64,000 bases of DNA. Source: Salpingoeca rosetta (lineage: Eukaryota > Protista > Choanoflagellata). Every line of letters begins with the position of its first letter. The stretch's first letter is position 1. The stretch is taken from assembly GCA_033442325.1 (NCBI GenBank), contig JAWQFM010000017.1:526557-590556 (forward strand), given 5' to 3'. The translations under genes and the position numbers were made by a program. Under the pieces are notes generated by a model. That model did not search any database and was not told the DNA's origin. It saw nothing but the letters and a program-made list of their open reading frames with translations. Below, in pieces: positions 1 to 16,850 of the stretch.

Positions 1-1
1 C

Positions 2-765
2 ACCTCCCTCACCCGCAGCAACAGCAGCCACGGCCACGGCAGCCGCGCGTCTCTGGTGGTGCAGCCTGCGGTTGTTCCACTGCACGTGGGCGAGCATGAC
101 GGCGTGGCGGATATGGGCATGGATCGCGTTGACAGCGGCGTTGCTCACGACCAGCACTATCACCAGCAGCCGCATGAGTACAGCCACCAGTCGCATCAGC
201 ACCAATATCACGAGCACCAGCAGCACGAGCACCAGCAACAGCAGCAGCAGCAAGCACTTGCTGTTCCGCACCATGCCGAGGTGTTGTCTCAGCAGCCACC
301 GATGATGGACATGCAGTTTGATCTTGAGGACCCCCATATGGCGTCCATCCCTCTGGACGTGAGCAACGACCTGTTTACAGATATGTTCAGCATGCACTCG
401 CCCGGCCTCGCTGCCGCCTTGGCAGAGGACGCCAACTCGCTCCCACCCATGACGCAGCCGACGCACGCGCATACACAGCCGCAGCACAGCACGCTGCAAA
501 TGCAGCTGAGCAGCACGCACAACCCGCACGGCGCAGCCGTCGGCATGCAGCAACAGCAGCACCACCAGCAGCAGAGGACGGGGCACGTTGTGCAGCAGCC
601 GCGGTTGTGGGAGCGCCGCCGCCACCATCGCCAAGGCGTCACCACGCAGCAGCAGCAGCAGCAGCAGCAGCAACGTGTTGATGCGATGCCAGACGCGCTT
701 GATCACCTCCTGCTTAACATGCCAACGTCGACGGCACTTCCTCCCCCTCCTCACCCACAGCAGCA

Positions 766-804
<39 letters not shown>

Positions 805-1200
805 ACTGCCTCAGCTTAATGTTCGGAGCGGCAACGGCAGCAGCAGCAGCAACAACAGCACTGGTGCCAAGAACAACAAAGGCGGAAGCAAGAAGAAGGC
901 CACGCAGCTGAAGAAGAAGGGTGGGGAGCAGGACAGCGGGGCAAACATGCCAAACAAGGTGCGTGTTCATGTTGGTTTGCGTTACATTGGGTTGCGCTTT
1001 GTCTGGTGGAGAGCGGGTGTGTATGTGTTTGTGTATGTACGTGCGTGTGAGTGACTGCGTGAACTGATTTGCATGTTTTTCTCCTGTCTGCTTGTGTTGC
1101 CAATGTTGACAGGGTGCAAGCGCTGTTCGCAAGCCCACCAAGGGCACCACAAAGAGGGTGAGTGATCTCTTTGCGTGTGAGCATGCGTGCGTGTGTGTGC

Positions 1201-1245
<45 letters not shown>

Positions 1246-1500
1246 TGTGTGTGTGTGTGCGTGTGAGTGTGTGTGAGTGTATGTGTGTGTGAGTGTTTTG
1301 TGTGTCTGGCACAACGTGTGCACGTTGCAGCGAGCTCACTTTGCCTCTTCCTCATGCACCATGTGTGACCAGGCCCGGCAGCAGGCGAGCCAGGATAAGC
1401 CCAAGACGCGCGTGCGCGATCGTCGCGAATACATGAAGTCGTACAGACGTCAGCGCCGTCAGCTGGTCAGTATCTCCCGAGGACTGCACCACGTGTGTCT

Positions 1501-1550
<50 letters not shown>

Positions 1551-1922
1551 GTATGTGTGTGTGTGTGTGTGCGTCATACACATGCACGCATCGTCAGTGT
1601 TGTACTTTCATTGTTCGGCAGCACATGGTGAGCCATCTCCGCCATCACACAAAACCCGCGTCACATCACTCACGAACTGCCACCCCATTGCGCAACGTGC
1701 AAACCACGCAACCAGATTGATGAGCTGCAAGAGCGCGTGGCGCAGAAGGAGCAGGAGAAGCAGCAGTTGCAGACGCGCGTGGACGAGTTGGAGGACTTGG
1801 TGAGCCGCTTCAAGCAGATGCTTCCACCACACATGTTCACTGCCGTCGTCAACGCGACAAACAACAGCAACAGCAACAGGGGTGACGAGGGTGTGATGAA
1901 TGTCACAACATCGCAGTGCTGA
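2..1922 (+). CDS. Q/H-rich protein with C-terminal atypical bZIP (basic region + leucine zipper); probably 5'-partial
   Basis: The frame is open from the window start. Exons <2-958, 1113-1157, 1373-1465 and 1716-1922 join in phase 0 with GT-AG sites. The spliced C-terminus is KPKTRVRDRREYMKSYRRQRRQLIDELQERVAQKEQEKQQLQTRVDELEDLVSRFKQ, a basic stretch followed by L/K/L/L/F heptads. Confidence 0.7.
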
Positions 1923-2478
1923 ACTGCGCACAAGAAATGCTATGCTTGCGGTTGTTCTTCTTTTGCTTTGAGATTGTATCGCAAGTCAGCGTGCGAGCAA
2001 GCAGAGCACGTTGTATCTGCCCAGCTTCATTGTTAAGACGTTAAGACGTTAGATGACACACATACACACTTGCGTGTGTCTCGGTTCACTCTTTGTGCTT
2101 ATTCGCTTTGTGCTCCTGCTTCTGCATCTGGCTTGATTTTATTTCTTATTCTGTCTTCCTTGAGTTCACGGCAGCTTGTATCCCTCTCTTACGATGGCGG
2201 TCGCAGTGTCGTTCAGCTTACGTACATCTCCTCTGTTTCCCTTTTGTACATACAACCACATACACGTGTGCATGCACGACGATTGTGACTGACATGACAG
2301 ACAAGTGTGACATGGTTGGACACGAAGCAAACAACAGCAAACGACACACATACACGCAAGCAAAACGCACCGTCAGAGGGAGGAGTGCTGCCTTGAAAGT
2401 CGTCAATTCGTGGTGCAATTCTCAGCAAGGAACAAGAAGCAAGGAAAGCGAGCGAGGAAGGACGTGCACTGCACACAC

Positions 2479-2566
2479 ATGGCTGGCTTGCTTCGGCGCG
2501 GCGCGCGGCAGATTGCCGTCGTCGGTGGTGGCCCCTCAGGCTTCTACACGGCACAGTACTTGCTCA

Positions 2567-2650
<84 letters not shown>

Positions 2651-5185
2651 AGACACGCGTGTATGCACTTGCTCACGTGGAGTGTGTTTGCAGAGACTCA
2701 ATGTGTGTGCACTTGCTCACGTGGAGTGTGTGTGCGTGTGCTTGTCAGTACTTGGGCGGGTCACTGCAGCAATTGGACATGTTTGAGCGACTTCCTGCGC
2801 CATATGGCCTCGTCCGCTATGGCGTCGCCCCAGACCACCCAGAGGTGTGTGCGCATATGTGTGGTGTTGGAACCTGCTCCGCACTCTGCCAAGCAATCAA
2901 GCTGTCGCACCCCAAGCTCACTCACATTCAAACACTCGCGCACATTCGTACATATAGGTGAAGAACTGCATTGCCCAGTTTGAGGCAGTGGCTGAGAACC
3001 CAGCGTTTCGTTTCTTCGGCAACGTCCCTGTCGGAGACACACTGCCCGGGCAGCAAAGCGTCAAGGTCTGTGCGTGCGTGCGCGCATGTGTGCGTGTGTG
3101 TGTGCTTGAGTGCACGTCGCACGTGTGTGGTTTATTGAGTGCACTCTCAACCCTTCTTGAGGGGTTGTGCAAGCACATGTAAGCACACATTCCTGGCTTT
3201 CCTCACTCAACCCGTCGCCCAACATACACATACACGAACAACAAACATGTGTTGGCTGCACTTGCTTACACCGGCACCGCTGTTGTTACTGACGTTGCTG
3301 TTGACAGCTGGAGGAGCTGCGTGAGGCGTATGATGCGGTTGTGTTGTCATATGGAACCATTCGGGAGCGCCGGCTGGGGGTGCCAGGCGAGGACTTGGGC
3401 AACGTCATATCCGCCCGCGAGTTTGTTGGCTGGTACAACGGGCACCCCGAGCACCAGCAGCTGCCGGCTGACCTTCACGGCAAGAACGTCGTCATCGTGG
3501 GACAGGTGTGAGGTGTAAGCCATGTGTTTGTTCACTGCTGTCTCTTCTGTGGCCCTCGCTCTCTGGTTGTGTTGTGGTGTTGTTATCGTTTTGTGCATCC
3601 CTAATGTGCTGTGACATGTGGTCTTGTCCGTCCCACGTGTGTCCCATGCTGCGCTCACAACTACGCCACAACACACTCATTCGACTCTCCGCCCCCTGTC
3701 CACCTTTACGTTCTCTCTTCTCTCCGCTTTCTGCTCTCTTCTCTCTGCTCTGCTCTCTGCTCTCTGCTCTCTGCTCTCTGCTTCATTCCCGCCCTTGTGC
3801 ATGTGCTGCACGGTCACATCAGGGCAACGTGGCACTTGACTGTGCTCGCATGCTCCTGGCCGACCCATCATATCTGCGCAAGACCGACATCACAGAGACG
3901 GCGTTGCAACATCTCCACAGCAGCGGAATCCAGCGCGTGTCTGTCGTCGGCAGGCGCGGGCCCATCGAGGTATTGTTTGGAAATGGGGGGGGGGGCAAGG
4001 AATTGGTGAGGGGTTGGTGCGAGGTGTGTGTGTGTGTATGTGTGTTTGTGTGTGTATGTGTGCGTGTGTATATGTACTGTTGTCAGCCTCACCGCACGCA
4101 ACTACTGTGCGTGCTTGGTATTGTGCAGGCTGCGTTCACCATCAAAGAATTGCGCGAATTGACCAAACTGAGCGGCGTTGCGTGCCACGTGGACAAACAC
4201 CACGTCGACTTTACGCAGGTGCGTCAACAGAAGTGTGCACTGTCTTGTTACCATTCGTATGTGTGTGTGTATGTGTCATGTGCGAACACCTACTGCTACT
4301 TTGACGTGAGTGAGACCTGCACACATAACAGTACACACACCCACACACATACACATACACTTTCTTTGTTTGTTCATCTGTGCATCAACAACCGAACGCA
4401 CTCCCCCCTTGTGCCCTGTCAGGATGAGCGCGATTACATCAAGGCCACGCGACGCATCACGCGCATGATGAAACTGCTCGCCGACGTCGCAGTTGCCCCA
4501 GACACACACGCAGGTGTGAGTGTGTGAATGTGAGGGTATGTGTGTGAATGTGTGTGTGAGCGTATATGTGTGTGTGTGCATAATGTGTCGTTTGCTAAGG
4601 CTTCCACGTGTTGTATGTGTGGACCCCTGCTGAAATCCGACGCGATTTTCGCCTGCAGACGGAGTGAAGCACTGCGATATCCAATTCTTCCTCTCGCCAA
4701 AGGAATTTAGGGAGAGCACAGACAACGTGAGTGAAGCGTAATGCAATGTGTGTTTGCTTGTTTATGTGTGTGTGTGCGCACATGTGTGTGTGTGTTGTTT
4801 ATGTGTGTGTGTTGTTGTGTGTGCTGTTGTTGTTGTTGTTGTGTGTGTGTGTGTGTTGTGTCACCTCCGCATTCTCTCCGGCTCCACACACTGCACACAC
4901 ATGTACACTGCAAACACGCCCACACACATCCCCTTCCCCATCTCTCACCCTACATGTGCGCGCTGCTGGTGGTGGTTGGTTCGGGTCAGGGCGGGCGCGT
5001 CGGGGAAGTTGTGTTCAACGTGATGAAACTTGAGGGCGATATTGGACGGCGCCGCGCAGTCCCCACCGGCCAGGAGAGGTGTGCACTGCGATGCAAGGGA
5101 GGGAGGGAGGGGGTTTGGCTTGTGTGTGTGTGTGTGTATGTGTGTTGTGTGTGTGTGTGTGAGTGCGTGTGTGTGTGTGTGTGTG

Positions 5186-5224
<39 letters not shown>

Positions 5225-6359
5225 GTGTGTGTGTTTGCAAGCTTTGCCGTACAATCCTTTATATGTTCTGCCGCTCGTGCATTCTTCTTTGCCAACTCCC
5301 CTCTCCCAAACACATCACCACTGCGTCACCACCACCACACACATCACATCACATCACATCACATCACATCACATCACATCACATCACGTGCCAGGACGCT
5401 GCCTGCGGATCTGGTGATCAAGAGCATCGGATATCAGGGCCACAGCATCGATCCCGCACTCCCGTACGACCCGACACGAAACGTCATTCGCCACGACGGC
5501 GTCGGTGCGTTTGGGAAAAGACATGGCGCCTGTAAGCGTGTGCGTGTGTGTATGTGTGTATGTGCATGTATGTATGTGTGTATGTGTGTGTATGTGTGAA
5601 GCACTCTGCACCCATGTCACATCACTGAATGCCGTGTTCTGACTTGTTCGTTCGTCAACCCACTACTGCAGGGCGGGTGAGTGGGCTGGATGGCGTGTAC
5701 TGCAGCGGATGGATCAAGAACGGGCCCGCAGGCATCATCGCCACCACCATGGTCGACGCAAACAACACAGCACGCGCCATCGCCGACGACTTTTCAGACG
5801 CCAATGCTGCCGGTCCTACTGCTGCTGCTGGTAGTGGTGATGGTGGTGATGATCGGGATGATAAGCGCGAACAGCTCGTGAACAGGATAGCACCCCAGGT
5901 GCGCGCATACGCTTTGTCTGCCCATGCGTGTGCGCACTCTTGATTGTCTTGGCTCGCGTGTGTGCGTTTGTGTTGTTGCTTGGCACTCATGTTGGCGTGT
6001 TCCTTGTGCTGTCGCAGGCTGTGTCATTTGAGCAGTGGAAGAAGCTTGAGGCGTGGGAACGACAGCAGGTGAGCTGACAACAGGCATTGCCGCAATGAAG
6101 GCGCATTCTCACATCCATGACAACAACCTATGGGGCGCACAAACACACACACACATACATACACACGCTTGCAGTCACACACACTTACGCACACTTGCGC
6201 ACACAAACACACACACTCACACACACACACACGCACACACGCACGCACACGCACACACACACACACACACGTGTTTAGGGGAAGCAATTGGGAAAACCGG
6301 CAGAGAAGTGCACAGATGCAGAGCAGATGCTGCACATATGCCACAATGCACCATCGTGA
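2479..6359 (+). CDS. FDXR: NADPH:adrenodoxin (ferredoxin) oxidoreductase, mitochondrial; multi-exon
   Basis: Spliced motifs [109 protein letters not shown] and [10 protein letters not shown] are all characteristic of the FDXR/Arh1 family. Confidence 0.95.
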
Positions 6360-6697
6360 TCACGATGATGATGACGATGAGGCAGAGGTGGTGGACGGAA
6401 TGGCTCGTGCTGACACTGGCGTGATGTGCTCTCGAATACGCGTGTGATGCCTCACGTTGGCATGTTGGCATGGCTGTTGGTTTACGCCAGGGTGTGTTCG
6501 GAGGTTCAGTTCAATACAGGGCAGTCTTAAATTCAGTACAGCAGTGTGACAGCGCATTTGAGTCTGCTTGTTGGAGGGATAAAACTATGACTAGAGTCAG
6601 TTCGAGCCTGACTGAAAGTGATAAGACACAAGTAACATTCAACAGAGAGATAGAGCAGTGCAATGCACACACACACACACAGACACACACACACACA

Positions 6698-6739
<42 letters not shown>

Positions 6740-6760
6740 AACACACAAAATCACCCCGTG

Positions 6761-8383
6761 TCACGCGCCAGGGTGGAGCGAAATGTGTGATGCAAAAGCG
6801 ACCGCGTCCTGGCCCGTGCATGGGTGCTGGAACAGCACCAACAGCACCTGCCGTGGAGTAATCGAAATAATGCCAGCAAGCAGGCAGCATGTGGGGGGAC
6901 GCGTATGGTGAGACTTGATGAGGAATAGTGGGAGAAAGGGGGGGGGGGCCCAAGTCAACAAAGGAATGACGAAACGCATGTTCACGAGTGCGAGGATGTG
7001 AGACGGCCAACAACAGCGACACCCAACTTCATGCAAGCAAGGGGCGCATGTAACTAGACTACATGCACATGTGTGTGTGTGTATGTGTGGCTGAGATGCA
7101 GGAGAGGAGATACGAGAAGTACAGCGAACAGCGAGCAAAGAGGACAGCAGCACGACAGCATGCGCCACGCACGCCATACACACACACACACAACGATGCA
7201 CTATGTATGCATATTTGTTTGTGCGTTGGCGGTGTTGCTTCTTTGCTTGTGAGCCGTGCAACAGCAAGCAAGATAGCACACGAAGCGCGCTGGCTTTAAG
7301 TACCCAGTGTATCAAACACACGCTCTCTCTCTCACTCACTCACACAGACTCACACACACATACACACACATGCACACACACATACACACACATGCACACA
7401 CACGCATACACATACACATGCACAGGAAATGGTTGTGTATGTGCTTGTGAGCTTGTTGATGGGACTGCATACTCACGCCTAGCTCCGTGCGCCGAAGAAC
7501 AAGGCCAAGCTTGCGAGCGCGACCCATTGCCACCATCCTGTGGTACGAGTGCGTGAGTGTGGGTGTGATAGTGTGGGTGTGTGGGAATGAGTGACGCTGT
7601 TGGCTGCGTGGAAGCCTGTCCTCATTGCAGTCCTGCCAGCATGCGCGACAACACGACAACACAACACAATCCAACACAATCCAGCCCAACACAACACCCG
7701 CACTCACAACGCTACCACACCAGCACAGCACGGACGGAAGCATGCACGCATGCAGCCACATGACCAGTTGCCGTGTCTCTCTCCCCCTTGCAACGCCGCA
7801 AGGTCACTCACTGGTCCACGTCGCGGCGAACGATCATGAGCTTGGTGCCGCGTGTCTCAAACGAGGAGACATCTGGGCGATCCAGCAGCGTGCTGTACAG
7901 GTCAAGCGCAGCCTACATGGAAGCAAGAGGGGGAGCAGGCGAATGCACTGGGATTGAGGAGAGCTGCGTGCAGTGCGTGTATCAACCGTGCACATGTCGA
8001 TTGACGGCACTGGCAAGGTGCGCAGAGGTAAGGGGGGGGGGAGGAATGGGCACAGAATCGAAGGCAGACAGACAGACAGACGGACAGACGGACAGACGGA
8101 CAGACGGACAGACGGACAGACGGACAGACAGACGGACAGACGGACAGACGGACAGACGGACAGACGGACGCAGACAAACACAAACACACACCGCACAGAC
8201 ACACACAGACACACAGACACACACAGACACACAGACACACACACACACGCACACACACACACACACCACACACCACAGCATACACACCTTGTCCACGTCC
8301 ACTGCATCCAAGGAGCCTTGCAACACGCGTAGTCTGCCGTGCTCCAGAAGCCCACACCCCAACACACCAACAGTAGCCGACAT
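6761..8383 (-). CDS. Divergent profilin-like protein (114 aa, 4 exons)
   Basis: Exons 8383-8288, 7912-7812, 7537-7477 and 6847-6761 splice in frame with GT-AG sites to [114 protein letters not shown]. The pattern GxKxMhhR..D..hhA.....GhhhxxT..hhhhxF..P followed by a helix resembles the profilin core. Confidence 0.6.
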
Positions 8384-8425
8384 TGTAACCGTCAGTCCTT
8401 CCTGAGAGAGAGAAAACAAACAACG

Positions 8426-13300
<4,875 letters not shown>

Positions 13301-13618
13301 CACACGCACGCATTGGGGGTGCTGCGCAGTGCATGCTCTGTGTATGTGTGTGTGCGTGTTTGGTAATCGAGGAGCTGGTCTTCTCTGTGTTGTTGATTTC
13401 ATTTCCACATTGTCTCATCTTGCGTTCGTTTATTGGCCGTTGCGGTTTGTGTGTATGTACAAAAGATACAACAGTGCAACGTCAACTATGCGCTATTCAT
13501 TACAGTACAGCTGAACCACACACACACACACACGCGCGCGCACACTGACTTACTCACGCACACACACTCACACACATACACACACAAGGCAAACTCACAC
13601 CAACACACCAACACACCA

Positions 13619-14703
13619 TCACATGTCATCACCGAAGGACAAGAGCCCCGTGTTCTTCTTGCTGAGGGACTTGGCCAGCTTGCCCTTCTTCGCCTTTTTC
13701 TTCTTCTGCTGCTTTCCTCCCTTAGCCCCACCATCACCATCACCATCACCATCGCCATCACCAGCCCTGTCCTTGTGCTTGGTCTTCTTTGTCGTTGCGT
13801 GCAGCGTGCGCTTCATGTTCTCGCGGTCCTTTTGTAACCGCTGCTTCACTGTTGTTGCGTTCGCTGCAGACAGCACACCCTGCGCCCCCTCTGCCCGCAC
13901 GCAGTGAGCGAAGGCGGGGAAGTGGAGGACACGTGGAGGGGGTGGAGAGTGTGTGCACGAGCATCGATGTGGGGTGGAAGTGAGCGTGAGTGGGCGCAAG
14001 GGCAAAGCGTCATGTTTTATCAAGTGCAGGCCGTAAGCATGGTTGCAAGCAGCTTCATGCACGTTGCACAGCCACGAACCTGCGCCAGCGAGGATGGCCT
14101 GCTCGGCCTCGGACTGGGTCAGGTCTCCCTTGTTCAGCACAACAACGGTCTGGCATGGCAAACCACACGCAAGCAGCAAACGTGTCAGTCATACAAGCAC
14201 AAGCACACACACACACACACACACACGCACGCACGCACGCAGTGTCGCGTGTGGCTAGCTAGCAAGGGTAGGAGGGGTGGCAAGGTCAGGAAGGACGCAT
14301 CTGCCACATGCACACCACTGTGATTGACCACACAGGTGTGCATGTGACTCAAGACACAAGCCTATCACATTGCAAACCCCACACTACTGCTCTGCCAACC
14401 GCACCACCACCACCCACGTCGGCTTGACCAACAACGCACATGTGAAAGATACGAACACAAAACACAGCCGCACCGGTTGCTCTTCATCTCTGACGTCGAG
14501 GAGATTCGGATCATCATCATCGTCATCGTCATCGTCACTGAACCGCGGGGCATCTCTTCGCTTCTTGTCAAACTTGGCGTTGAGGTCGTTGTTGCGCTGC
14601 TCCTCCCGCGATTTCAGGCCGTGCTTTGCTCTGCAGAAGCCATGAGCAAAAAGGAGCAGAGCCACCGATGAGATCTAACGTGCCACAGCAGCATGAACCT
14701 TGA

Positions 14704-14794
<91 letters not shown>

Positions 14795-15050
14795 ACACCA
14801 GCCGCTCACCTCAACTGCTGGATGAACGGTGCCTCAGCGATGCCCTGCATGATGGGTGAGACGCACAAACCGGTGAGCTGACTGCACACGGCCACAGCTA
14901 CAACCCCCTCCCCTCTTGCACAAGGACACATCCATGACCACCACATCCCCCCGCGCAAACACAGGTGCACACACGTACCGTGTGCATGACGTTGACCTTG
15001 CGACCACCGCCACCTTTGCCCTTCTTGCCTCCTTTTCTTCCGCTCATCAT
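13619..15050 (-). CDS. KIAA1143 / DUF4604 family protein
   Basis: Spliced AEAPFIQQLR, DEEQP|TVVVLNKGDLT and C-terminal KNTGLLSFGDDM* match the KIAA1143 hallmarks (DEQPQVVVLKKGDL, KNSSLLSF). Confidence 0.85.
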
Positions 15051-15255
15051 CGAACGTTGCGCTGCTTTTCGCTGCTTGCTGAAAAGTGGCGGATGATTTG
15101 AGATAATTTTCTGTGAAAGAAGCCGCAACACACACATTCACGCACGCACACCACCACCCGATATCATCACCGCCAGCAACAGCGCTTGTCTTGACTGACG
15201 TCCATCACTGTTCTTCTTCGTGCTAGCCACACATAACAACAACAACACCAAAGTC
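15051..15255. promoter_or_regulatory. Probable bidirectional promoter between the KIAA1143-like gene and mitochondrial ACP
   Basis: 205 bp separate two confidently placed divergent start codons. Confidence 0.55.
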
Positions 15256-16392
<1,137 letters not shown>

Positions 16393-16850
16393 AGAGACAA
16401 GCCAACCAAGGACGCGTGGTTCTGTGGTTTTGTGCTGTGTTGTAGTGCGACTCTTTGTATTTCTTTGACGTGCAAATTTGTGTGTGCGCATGAGGCATTC
16501 GTCGCGAGCAACGCGTGACGTTGCCGCATGGTGCATGTGAGTGACCAAGAGCTGGAGCTGGGAGGGAGGCGTTGAGCTGTGAATGTTTGGCGGTGTTGAC
16601 GCGTGAGTGCAGCGTGTTCTCGTCAAGTTCACAAGCAACAAAGCAAGCAAGCAAGCAAGCGAGGTTGGTTGTGGAAAGTTGTGTGTGCCATGCGTGGATT
16701 TCGGACAACCAATGGCAGTGATCAACAATGTCCTGCCGGCCAACACACACACACACATGCATTCATACTCATACATGCATTCATACATACATTCATACGT
16801 ACAGCACACACACACACATACATACAAACACACACATAAATACACACACA

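Noticed and set aside
2666-2730. 22-bp direct repeat GCACTTGCTCACGTGGAGTGTG, twice in FDXR intron 1
   Set aside because: Only two copies from a local duplication; not CRISPR-like and no element structure.
6595-6613. tRNA T-arm-like hairpin AGTCAG-TTCGAGC-CTGACT (B-box-like)
   Set aside because: No acceptor stem, D-arm, anticodon arm or A-box was found upstream, so it cannot be called a tRNA or SINE.
7585-7632. Possible extra exon ([12 protein letters not shown]) in the profilin-like gene
   Set aside because: The donor is weak and inclusion shifts the downstream frame away from the profilin-like reading.
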